Assembly: GCA_965214705.1 (NCBI GenBank)
Contig: OZ243972.1
Coordinates: 128,001-192,000, forward strand
DNA length: 64,000 nt
Reading direction: 5' to 3'
From: Alphaproteobacteria bacterium
Lineage (GTDB): Bacteria > Pseudomonadota > Alphaproteobacteria > UBA828
Shown: one piece after another, positions 11,585-19,902 of the stretch
Layout: each line of letters starts with the position of its first letter
How positions within the stretch are numbered: the first letter of the stretch is position 1
Notes under the pieces: generated by a model
Database searches by the model: none
Told to the model about the DNA's origin: nothing
The model's input: only the letters and a program-made list of their open reading frames with translations
Made by a program: the position numbers and the translations under genes

Positions 11585-12282
11585 CCGGCCTGCTCAGCGG
11601 CATCGGCGTCGGCCCCGGCGACCCCGACCTGATCACGCTCAAGGCGCTGAAGGCGCTCCAGCGGGCTGCTGTGGTGGCCTACCCCGCACCGCCCGAGGGC
11701 GAGAGCCTCGCCCGCAGCATCGCCGCGCCCCATTTCCCCGGCGGGCAGGAGGAGATCGCCATCCGCATGCCGCTGGAACCCGGAAGCTTCCCGGCCGCCG
11801 AGGTCTACGAAGAGGCGGCGGCGACCCTCGGCGCGCGGCTCGATGCGGGCCGAGACATCGCCGTGCTCTGCGAGGGCGATCCCTTCGTCTACGGCTCCTT
11901 CCTCTACCTGTTCGAACGCTTGGCCCAACGCCACCGGGTGGAGGTGATCCCCGGCGTCTCCTCGCCCATGGCCTGCGCCGCCGCGCTCGGCCTGCCGCTC
12001 GCTGCACGCAACGACGTGCTGGCGGTGATCCCGGCGCCCCTCGACGACCAGCGCCTCACCGCCCAGCTCACCAACTGCGATGCGGCGGCCATCGTCAAGG
12101 TGGGTCGCCACCTGGAGAAGGTGCGCCGCGTGCTCGATGCACTCGGCCTGTTGGGGCATGCGCACTACGTCGAGCGCGCTTCCATGGTGGCGGAGCGCAT
12201 CCTGCCGCTGGCCGAGGTGGAGCCGCCGGCGCCCTACTTCTCCATGGTCATCGTCCACAAGCGGGGCGCGGCATGGCGTTGA
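11581..12282 (+). CDS. cobI: Precorrin-2 C20-methyltransferase
   Basis: GIGVGPGDPDLITLKA, LCEGDPFVYGSF, IPGVSS, APYFSM. Confidence 0.93.
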   Translation: MTGLLSGIGVGPGDPDLITLKALKALQRAAVVAYPAPPEGESLARSIAAPHFPGGQEEIAIRMPLEPGSFPAAEVYEEAAATLGARLDAGRDIAVLCEGDPFVYGSFLYLFERLAQRHRVEVIPGVSSPMACAAALGLPLAARNDVLAVIPAPLDDQRLTAQLTNCDAAAIVKVGRHLEKVRRVLDALGLLGHAHYVERASMVAERILPLAEVEPPAPYFSMVIVHKRGAAWR

Positions 12283-14129
12283 ACGCCCCCGCCGTCGCGA
12301 TCCTGGATGCGCGCCAGGTCCCGCTCGCGCGCCGCATCGCGTCCGCGTTGCCCAATGCGGCGGTCCATGGTCCCGCGTCCCTGCGGGACGACGCCGATGT
12401 CGCCTACGAACGGCTCGCGCCCCATCTCGGGGCCCTGTTCCGGGCCGGCACGCCCATCGTCGGCGTGTGCGCCGCCGGCATCCTCATCCGCCTGCTCGGC
12501 CCCCATCTGGCGGACAAGGGCGCCGAGCCGCCGGTGCTCGCGGTCTCCGACGACGGGCGGAGCGTCGTGCCGCTGCTGGGCGGCCACCACGGAGCGAACC
12601 GGCTTGCCCGCGCCATTGCCGATGCCCTCGGCGCCCACGCTGCGATCACCACGGCGGGCGATGCGGCCCTGGGCTTCGCCCTCGACGCGCCGCCTGCGGG
12701 CTGGCGCCTCGCCGAAGGCGCGCGGGTGAAGGCGGTCACCGCCGCGCTGCTCGCCGGCGAGCCGGTGCGCCTCGTGACCGAGGCGGCGTCTGCCGACTGG
12801 CTCACCGCTGACGGCGCGCCGTTCGGGGATTGGGGCCGCCTCACTCTCCACGTCACCCATCGGAGCGTGGTTCCGGGGGACGACGCAGCCGATGTCACGC
12901 TGCATCCCGCGGTCCTGGCCCTCGGCCTCGGCTGCGAACGGGACTGCGCACCCGAAGAGCTTGTCCAGCTGGCTGAGCGCACGCTGGCCGCCGGCGGGCT
13001 CGCGCCCGAGGCGGTGGCCTGCGTCGCCTCCCTCGACCTGAAGGCGGACGAGCCGGCGGTGAATGCGGTCGCGGACTGGCTCGGCGTGCCGCTCCGCGTC
13101 TTCGATGCCGCGGCCTTGGAGCGCGAGACCCCGCGCCTCACGACACCGTCCGACGTGGTGTTTCGCGCGGTCGGCTGCCACGGCGTGGCGGAGGCCGCAG
13201 CACTCGCCTGCGCCGGTGCGGACGGCACCCTCGCCATGCCCAAGGCACGGAGCGCGCGCGGCACCTGCGCCATCGCCCGGGCGCCCGCGATCATCGAGCC
13301 GGAGCGCTGCGGGCGTGGACGCGGGCGGGTCACCGTCGTCGGCATCGGCCCCGGCGCGCGCGCGTGGCGAACTCCGGGGGCCGACGCCGCCATCGCCGGC
13401 GCCACCGACCTCGTGGGCTACGACCGTTATCTCGACCTGCTCGGCTCGCCGCCGCCGGGCTGCGCACGCCACGCCTACCCCATCGGCGCCGAGGAGGAGC
13501 GCTGCCGGACCGCCCTCGCGCTCGCAGCCGGAGGTCGTCGCGTCGCCCTGGTCTCCTCCGGCGATGCCGGGGTCTACGGCATGGCCTCGCTGCTCTTCGA
13601 GCTGCTGGACGGAGCGGCCGCCGAGCCCCGATGGCGCGGCATCGCGCTTGCGGTGGAGCCCGGCATCAGCGCGCTCCAAGCCGCCGCGGCGCGCGCTGGC
13701 GCGCCCATCGGCCACGATTTCTGTGCCATCTCCCTCTCCGACCTGCTGACGCCCTGGCCCGCGATCGCGCGCCGGCTGCGGGCCGCCGCCGCGGCCGACT
13801 TCGTGGTGGCGCTCTACAACCCCGCGTCGCAGAAACGCCGCGGCCGACTCGTGGAGGCCCGGAATATCCTCGCCGCCAATCGGCCGCTCGACTGCCCCGT
13901 GGTCGTTGCGCGCAATCTCGGACGTAAGGGCGAGCGAGTCGACGTCACCACCCTGGCCGGCCTCGATACCGACGCGGTCGACATGCTCACCGTCATCGTC
14001 GTCGGCAGCAGTCAGACCCGGCGGGTGGAGCGCGGCGGCCGGGCGTGGCTCTACACGCCGCGCGGCTACGCACCGGGCGGAGCCGAGACAGAGGACAGGT
14101 CGGCGCCTCGCGCGGCGGAGGGTGCGTGA
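12273..14129 (+). CDS. cobJ: CbiG-CobJ fusion (precorrin-3B C17-methyltransferase with N-terminal CbiG domains)
   Basis: N-half [28 protein letters not shown] (CbiG); C-half [39 protein letters not shown]. Confidence 0.92.
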   Translation: MALNAPAVAILDARQVPLARRIASALPNAAVHGPASLRDDADVAYERLAPHLGALFRAGTPIVGVCAAGILIRLLGPHLADKGAEPPVLAVSDDGRSVVPLLGGHHGANRLARAIADALGAHAAITTAGDAALGFALDAPPAGWRLAEGARVKAVTAALLAGEPVRLVTEAASADWLTADGAPFGDWGRLTLHVTHRSVVPGDDAADVTLHPAVLALGLGCERDCAPEELVQLAERTLAAGGLAPEAVACVASLDLKADEPAVNAVADWLGVPLRVFDAAALERETPRLTTPSDVVFRAVGCHGVAEAAALACAGADGTLAMPKARSARGTCAIARAPAIIEPERCGRGRGRVTVVGIGPGARAWRTPGADAAIAGATDLVGYDRYLDLLGSPPPGCARHAYPIGAEEERCRTALALAAGGRRVALVSSGDAGVYGMASLLFELLDGAAAEPRWRGIALAVEPGISALQAAAARAGAPIGHDFCAISLSDLLTPWPAIARRLRAAAAADFVVALYNPASQKRRGRLVEARNILAANRPLDCPVVVARNLGRKGERVDVTTLAGLDTDAVDMLTVIVVGSSQTRRVERGGRAWLYTPRGYAPGGAETEDRSAPRAAEGA

Positions 14130-14890
14130 CGGTCCACTTCATCGGCGCAGGCCCCGGTGCGCCGGACCTGATCACGGTGCGGGGGCTCACGTTGCTGCGC
14201 CGCTGCCCGGTGGTGCTCTACGCGGGCTCGCTGGTGCCGCCCATGATCCTCGAAGAAGCCCCGGCGGGTGCGCGCATCGTCGACACCGCACCCCTCGACC
14301 TCGACGCGATCATCGCCGAGATGCAGCAGGCAGAGGCAGAGGGCCACGAGGTTGCCCGGCTGCATTCCGGCGATCCCTCGCTCTACGGCGCCATCGCCGA
14401 GCAGATGCGCCGCCTCGACCACCTCGGCATTCCTTACGACGTGACCCCCGGCGTGCCCGCCTACGCGGCGGCGGCGGCGGCGCTCAAGCAGGAGCTCACG
14501 CTCCCCGGCATCGCCCAGACCGTGATTCTGACGCGGACCGCCGTGCGCGCGTCCTCCATGCCCGACGACGAGCAGCTGGAGACCCTCGCCGCAGCCGGCG
14601 GGACGCTGGCCATCCACCTCTCCATCAACAACCTCGCGAACGTGACCCGCGCGCTGATCCCCCATCGCGGGGCGGACTGCCCTACCATCGTCGCCTATCG
14701 CGTGAGCTGGCCGGATGAGCGGATCGTGCGCGGCACCCTCGGCACCATCCGGGACAAGGTGAAGGCGCTCGGCCTGACGCGGACCGCGCTGATCCTGGTG
14801 GGCCGGGCCCTGGACACACCCGACTTCGACGAGAGCCAGCTCTACGATCCCGCTCACCACCACGTGCTGCGCCCGCGGCGAAAGGCCTGA
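14126..14890 (+). CDS. cobM: Precorrin-4 C11-methyltransferase
   Basis: GTG start overlapping cobJ stop; [41 protein letters not shown]. Confidence 0.94.
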   Translation: MTVHFIGAGPGAPDLITVRGLTLLRRCPVVLYAGSLVPPMILEEAPAGARIVDTAPLDLDAIIAEMQQAEAEGHEVARLHSGDPSLYGAIAEQMRRLDHLGIPYDVTPGVPAYAAAAAALKQELTLPGIAQTVILTRTAVRASSMPDDEQLETLAAAGGTLAIHLSINNLANVTRALIPHRGADCPTIVAYRVSWPDERIVRGTLGTIRDKVKALGLTRTALILVGRALDTPDFDESQLYDPAHHHVLRPRRKA

Positions 14891-15661
14891 CTACGCCTCC
14901 CCGAGGCGCTCTTCGATCCAGGCAAGCGCCTCCTCGACCGAGGAGGCGCACGGGCCGGGCGGGGGCGGCGGGCGGCGCACCATCACCACGGGCAGCCCGA
15001 GTGCCCGCGCCGCCGCGAGCTTGGCCGCTGTCGCCTCGCCGCCGCTCGCACGGGTGACCAGGCAATCGATGTTGTGGGCCTCGAGCAGCGCGCGCTCGTC
15101 TTCCTCCGCGAACGGCCCGCGCGCGCAGATCAGCCGGTGACGAGCCAGCGGGATCGGCTCTGCCGGCTCGTCCACCAGCCGCACCAGGAACCAGAGGTCG
15201 GCGCGGGCGGCGAAGGGCGCGAGCGAGCGCACGCCCACGGTGAGGAACACGCGTTTGGCTTCGACTGGAATCGCCGTCGCGGCCTCCTCCACCGTGGCGA
15301 CGTCGATCCAGCGATCGTCCGGCACGGGCTGCCAGGGTGGGCGCACCAGCACCAGGCGCTCTGTCCCCGCCTGCGCCGCCGCCTCGCACGCCTGGGCCGA
15401 GATTTGCGTGGCGTAGGGGTGGGTGGCGTCGATCAAGAGGCCGATCCGCTCGTCCCTGAGATAGGCGGCCAGGCCGTCCGCCCCGCCGAAGCCGCCGATA
15501 CGGACCTCGCCCGCCGGCAGGATCGGCGCGCGCGTGCGGCCGGCCAGCGCCGAAATCACCGTCAGCGACGGGCCGAAGCGCGCCTCAGCCGCCTCGGCCA
15601 GCGCGCGGCCCTCGGCGGTGCCGCCCAGGATCAGCAGCCGTTCAGGGGCCGGCGCGGCCAA
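14891..15661 (-). CDS. cobK: Precorrin-6A reductase
   Basis: LLILGGTAEG, RIGGFGGADGL, IDATHPYA, ARGPF, VMVRRP. Confidence 0.93.
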   Translation of the reverse strand: MAAPAPERLLILGGTAEGRALAEAAEARFGPSLTVISALAGRTRAPILPAGEVRIGGFGGADGLAAYLRDERIGLLIDATHPYATQISAQACEAAAQAGTERLVLVRPPWQPVPDDRWIDVATVEEAATAIPVEAKRVFLTVGVRSLAPFAARADLWFLVRLVDEPAEPIPLARHRLICARGPFAEEDERALLEAHNIDCLVTRASGGEATAAKLAAARALGLPVVMVRRPPPPPGPCASSVEEALAWIEERLGEA

Positions 15662-16742
15662 CGATGCTGCCCGTGCGGTCGACGATGAGCACGTCCACGC
15701 GGGGCGTGAGCCGAGCGCCTTCTAGCACGCCCTCGGCCACCGCGCGCGCCTCTGCGGCGATGGCATCGGCAAGCGGGAGGCCGGCCGCTGTCGCGATCTC
15801 CAGGATCGCCCCGGCCGAGCCGGCATCCTTGGCGTGCGCCAGCGTCTCCTCCGACGCCCCGAGGGTCGCCAGACGGCGGACGAGTCCCTTGCGGTCCACC
15901 GTGCTGCGCTGCGAATGCAGGTCCATGTGGCCGTCGGCGAGCTTGCTGATCTTGCCGAAGCCGCCGGCGATGGTGAGCCGCGGCACCGGCTTGCGCCGGA
16001 TCAGCTTCAGCGTGGCGCCGACGAAATCGCCCATGTCGATCAGCGCCGCCTCGTCCAGGCCGTAGAGCGCCTGCGCCGCTTGCTCCGAGACCCGGCCCGT
16101 CGCAGCCGCGAGGTTGGGGGCGCCAGCGGCGGCCGCCACGTCGATCCCCTGCCGGATCGAGGCGATCCACGCGGCGCAGGAGTAGGGCTTGACGATGCCG
16201 GACGTGCCGAGCACCGAGAGCCCGCCGACGATGCCGAGGCGGCCGTTCATCGTCTGCCGCGCGAGCCGGCGTCCATCCGGGATTGCGATGGCGACGGAGA
16301 CATCGGCAGGCCCGCCCAGCGCGGGCGCGAGGTTGCCCAGCATCTCCGCGATCATCTTGCGGGGCGCCGGGTTGATCGCGGGCTCGCCCACCGCGAGGCT
16401 GAGGCCCGGCCTGGTCACGATGCCGACGCCTTCGCCCGCGCGGAACACGATTCCTGCACCCGCCGGCGCGGTCCGTACCCAGGCTTCGACCAGCGCGCCA
16501 TGGGTCACGTCCGGGTCGTCGCCCGCATCCTTGCGCACGCCGGCGCGGCCGTGGCCCTCGCCGCGCTCGGCCACCACCAGAGGGAAGGAGGGTGCCTCGC
16601 CGCCCGGCAGCGTCACCGACACCGGGTCGGGGAAGCGCCCGGTGACCAGCGCCGTGTAGGCCGCGCGGGTCGCGGCCGCGGCGCAGGCGCCGGTGGTCCA
16701 GCCCGACCTCAGCTCGCCGGCTCTGCCCGATCGTTCCGTCAT
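15642..16742 (-). CDS. cbiD: Cobalt-precorrin-5B C1-methyltransferase
   Basis: LRSGWTTGACAAAA, KDAGDDPDVTHGA, AINPAPR, NGRLGIVGGLSVLGTSGIVKPYS. Confidence 0.94.
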   Translation of the reverse strand: MTERSGRAGELRSGWTTGACAAAATRAAYTALVTGRFPDPVSVTLPGGEAPSFPLVVAERGEGHGRAGVRKDAGDDPDVTHGALVEAWVRTAPAGAGIVFRAGEGVGIVTRPGLSLAVGEPAINPAPRKMIAEMLGNLAPALGGPADVSVAIAIPDGRRLARQTMNGRLGIVGGLSVLGTSGIVKPYSCAAWIASIRQGIDVAAAAGAPNLAAATGRVSEQAAQALYGLDEAALIDMGDFVGATLKLIRRKPVPRLTIAGGFGKISKLADGHMDLHSQRSTVDRKGLVRRLATLGASEETLAHAKDAGSAGAILEIATAAGLPLADAIAAEARAVAEGVLEGARLTPRVDVLIVDRTGSIVGRAGP

Positions 16743-16755
16743 GCCGCCGGTTATA

Positions 16756-16790
16756 CCGCGCGGGCCACGACCGTGGTGAGAAATGCTGGC
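16756..16790. repeat. Solitary degenerate terminus of the 266-bp MITE family
   Basis: ccgcgcgggccacgaccgtggtgagaaatgctggc aligns ungapped with the right end of the copy ending at 47122 (ccgcgcagaccatgaccatggtgagaaatgcgggt); TGGTGAGAAATGC identical. Confidence 0.7.
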
Positions 16791-17667
16791 GAGCCGGTGT
16801 AGAGTGCGGCGATGGACGACGCTTTTCCGCCCCCCCCGCAGGCCCGCGCTGCCTGCCATCGAGCCCGGCTCCGTCTGGCTCGTCGGCGCAGGCCCCGGCG
16901 ATCCGGGTCTGCTCACGCTCCACGCCGCGAATGCGCTCGCGGTGGCCGATTGCGTGGTCTACGACGCCCTGGTCTCGCCCGAGATTCTGGCGCTGGCCCG
17001 GCCGGGCGCGGCACTCGAATACGCCGGCAAGCGGGGCGGCAAGCCATCGGCAAGCCAGCCCGACATCTGCGGCCGGCTGATACGCCTCGCCCGGCAGGGA
17101 CAGCGCGTGCTGCGCCTCAAGGGCGGCGATCCCTTCGTCTTCGGTCGGGGTGGGGAGGAGGCGCTGGCGCTCGCCGCAGCCCGCATCCCGTTTCGGCTCG
17201 TGCCGGGCGTCACTGCGGCCGCCGGCGGCCTGGCGGCGGCCGGCATTCCCATGACCCATCGCACCACCAATTCGGCGGTGACCCTGCTCACGGGCCACGA
17301 CGCGGCCGGCGGCGTGCCGGACGGGCTCGACTGGCAGGCCATCGCCCAAGGCGCGCCGGTGCTGATCTTCTACATGGCGCTCCGCCAGCTCGACGCGATT
17401 GCCGCGCGGCTCACCCGGAGCGGCCTCTCGGGCGAGACCCCGGTAGCGCTCATCAGCCATGCCACCACCGGGGCCGAGCGCGTGATCGAGGCCCCGCTGT
17501 CCGAGGCGGCGACGACGGCCGAGCGTGCAGGCATCGAGGCGCCCTGCCTCGTCGTCGTGGGCGACGTCGTGCGGCTCCGCCGGGCGCTGGACCCGGCGGC
17601 GACGGTGGAAGCGCGGGCCGAGGCGGCCGAGTCGCTTGCCCGGCACTGGCGCCGCGCCGCCGGTTGA
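16783..17667 (+). CDS. cobA: Uroporphyrinogen-III C-methyltransferase (SUMT); start ambiguous because ATG 16812 is out of frame by one C in a C8 tract
   Basis: GSVWLVGAGPGDPGLLTLHA, YAGKRGGKPS, RLKGGDPFVFGRGGEE, PMTHR. Confidence 0.93.
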   Translation: MLASRCRVRRWTTLFRPPRRPALPAIEPGSVWLVGAGPGDPGLLTLHAANALAVADCVVYDALVSPEILALARPGAALEYAGKRGGKPSASQPDICGRLIRLARQGQRVLRLKGGDPFVFGRGGEEALALAAARIPFRLVPGVTAAAGGLAAAGIPMTHRTTNSAVTLLTGHDAAGGVPDGLDWQAIAQGAPVLIFYMALRQLDAIAARLTRSGLSGETPVALISHATTGAERVIEAPLSEAATTAERAGIEAPCLVVVGDVVRLRRALDPAATVEARAEAAESLARHWRRAAG

Positions 17668-17760
17668 CGAGGAAGAGGCAAGACCGAATCCTTTTGCCGC
17701 GCAGGGCATGGCAGGGCTAGTCTGGCGCCCTGAAGACTCCCCGAACGCGCAAACCAGCTC

Positions 17761-18468
17761 ATGTGGAAGGAACTCGGCAAATTCGGCATGGGACCGCCGT
17801 CCGGCGGCGGCGGCGACCAGCAGCCCGGGCGTGGCGGCGGTAGGCAGTCGCCCCTGGGCCGCAACCCGTTGCTCTGGATCCTGATAATCGGCGCGATCCT
17901 GATCTACACGCAGATGGATGGCTCGGGCTCGATTTTCGGCCCCATGGATCAGAGCCACGTGTCCCGCATGGCGGTCTCGCCGGACCAGGTCGTCGGCGAT
18001 TTCGCGCTGGTCGACCACACCGGCACGCCGCGCACCGACGAAGACTTCCACGGCGCCTATTCGCTCTACTATTTCGGCTTCACCTGGTGCCCGGATGTCT
18101 GCCCGTCCGCCATGCTGGTCATGGCGCAGGTGGTCGAGGATCTGACGGCTCAGAACATGACGGTGCAGCCGATATTCGTCACCGTCGATCCCCAGCGCGA
18201 CACGGTGGAGAAGCTCGCCGCCTATGTCGCGCAGCTCCCCGGCCTGATCGGGCTCACCGGCTCGGACGTGCAGGTCGCGCAGGCGCTCCAGTCCTTCGGC
18301 ATCACCCGGCGCTCGCAGGCGGACGGGCCGGACGATACCAGTTATCAAGTCGACCATACGTCGCTGTTCTACCTGATGGGGCCGGACGGCACGTTCATCC
18401 AGCATTACCTGCCGACCCAGGGGCCCACGCAGATCGCTCTCGAAATCGAGCGCGAGCTCACGGGCTGA
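17761..18468 (+). CDS. SCO1/SenC family thioredoxin-fold metal chaperone
   Basis: One TM helix, YFGFTWCPDVCP (CxxxC), FVTVDPQRD, YQVDHT His, YLMGPDG. Confidence 0.92.
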   Translation: MWKELGKFGMGPPSGGGGDQQPGRGGGRQSPLGRNPLLWILIIGAILIYTQMDGSGSIFGPMDQSHVSRMAVSPDQVVGDFALVDHTGTPRTDEDFHGAYSLYYFGFTWCPDVCPSAMLVMAQVVEDLTAQNMTVQPIFVTVDPQRDTVEKLAAYVAQLPGLIGLTGSDVQVAQALQSFGITRRSQADGPDDTSYQVDHTSLFYLMGPDGTFIQHYLPTQGPTQIALEIERELTG

Positions 18469-18474
18469 GCGTCC

Positions 18475-19773
18475 GTGGCCTTGGGCGTCATCCTCGCCGC
18501 GCCGGCGTCGGGCAGCGGCAAGACCGTGCTGTGCGCGGGCCTCCTGGCGCAGTTTCGCGAAAGCGGCCGCGCCGTCCGCGCCTTCAAGGCAGGCCCTGAC
18601 TACATCGACCCCGGCTATCACCGGCTCGCCACTGGCCGCGACTGCGTCAATCTCGACCCCTGGGGGATGCGGCCCGAGACGCTGGCGCGCCGGCTGGCGG
18701 CGCTCTGCGCGGGCGCCGACCTGGTGATCGGCGAGGGCGCGATGGGCCTCTTCGACGGTGCCCGCGACGGCACCGGCTCCACCGCCGATCTCGCGGCCAG
18801 GCTGGGCCTGCCCGTGGTGCTTGTGGTGGACGCCCGCGGCCAAGGCGCCTCGGTGGCGGCGCTCGCGGAAGGCTTCGCGGGTCACCGCGCGGACGTGACG
18901 GTCTCCGGCGTCATCCTCAACCGGGTGGCGAGTGCGGCGCACGAGCGGTTGCTGCGGGATGCCCTCGACGCCCGCTCGGTCGCGGTGCTTGGCGCCGTGC
19001 CGCGAGACGAGGCACTGAGCCTGCCCTCGCGTCACCTCGGCCTTGTGCAGGCCTGCGAAAGCGAGAGGTCGTGGGTGGAGGACGCCACCGCGGTCGTCGC
19101 GCGCGCGGTGGATACCGAGGCACTTGCGGCCCTTGCCCGTCCGCTTCAGGCCACTCCAACGCAGCCGGGTGCGGCGATCCCGCCCTTGGGCCAACGGATT
19201 GCGGTGGCCAGCGATGCGGCGTTCGGCTTTTGCTACGACGCGCTGCTGGAGGATTGGCAAGCGGCCGGCGCGGCGGTCCTGCCATTCTCGCCGCTGGCGG
19301 ACGAGGCGCCCGATCCAGACGCCGACGCGGTCTACTTGCCGGGCGGCTATCCTGAGCTTCACGCTGGGCGCATTGCCGGTGCAGCGCGCTGTCTCGACGG
19401 GATACGGGTTGCGGCGGCGCGCGGCGCCGCTGTGTTTGGCGAATGCGGGGGCTACATGGTGCTGGGCCGGGGCCTGATCGACGCCGACGGCCGGCGCCAC
19501 GCCATGGCCGGCCTGCTGCCGCTGGAGACCAGCTTTCGCGAGCGCCGCCTTTCGCTCGGCTACCGCCACGCGCGCCTGACCGCCGCAGGCCCTCTCGGCG
19601 CGGCGGGGACCGGCTTTCGGGGTCACGAGTTCCACTATTGCAGCGTGGTCTCCGAAGAGGCGGACCGGCCGCTATTCGAGGCTCGCGATGCGGTCGGCGC
19701 GCAGCTCGGCCACGCCGGCATGAGCGTGGGAACGGTCTCCGGCTCCTTCATCCACCTGATCGATCGCGCTTGA
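18475..19773 (+). CDS. cobB: Hydrogenobyrinate/cobyrinate a,c-diamide synthase
   Basis: APASGSGKT, FKAGPDYIDP, EGAMGLFDG, LPSRHLGLVQ, GECGGYMVLG, GHEFHY. Confidence 0.95.
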   Translation: MALGVILAAPASGSGKTVLCAGLLAQFRESGRAVRAFKAGPDYIDPGYHRLATGRDCVNLDPWGMRPETLARRLAALCAGADLVIGEGAMGLFDGARDGTGSTADLAARLGLPVVLVVDARGQGASVAALAEGFAGHRADVTVSGVILNRVASAAHERLLRDALDARSVAVLGAVPRDEALSLPSRHLGLVQACESERSWVEDATAVVARAVDTEALAALARPLQATPTQPGAAIPPLGQRIAVASDAAFGFCYDALLEDWQAAGAAVLPFSPLADEAPDPDADAVYLPGGYPELHAGRIAGAARCLDGIRVAAARGAAVFGECGGYMVLGRGLIDADGRRHAMAGLLPLETSFRERRLSLGYRHARLTAAGPLGAAGTGFRGHEFHYCSVVSEEADRPLFEARDAVGAQLGHAGMSVGTVSGSFIHLIDRA

Positions 19774-19780
19774 GCGCTCG

Positions 19781-19900
19781 GAGCGAGCCCGTCTGTGACG
19801 GGCTCGCGACAGGCCGCGACCGCGGCCCGCCGCGAATGCGGCGCCATCGCGCGACTGCGCGCGTGGACGCGCGACGGCCGGCTGCCGTGAGCGAAAAAAG
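19781..19900 (+). repeat. Multi-hairpin intergenic repeat, copy A
   Basis: Collinear with 36091-36257; stems gcgagcccgtc/gacgggctcgc, ggccgc/gcggcc, cgccgc/gcggcg, acggc/gccgt; ends gagcgaaaaaag. Confidence 0.85.
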
Positions 19901-19902
19901 GG

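Noticed and set aside
3199-19635. Very long alternative-frame and antisense ORFs (e.g. 3199-5559, 9845-11527, 15631-19635)
   Set aside because: Shadow frames of well-supported cob genes in high-GC DNA; Arg/Ala/Gly-rich with no recognisable motifs.
1-19773. Cobalamin riboswitch
   Set aside because: No intergenic region with a recognisable B12 box; any riboswitch would probably lie upstream of the window.
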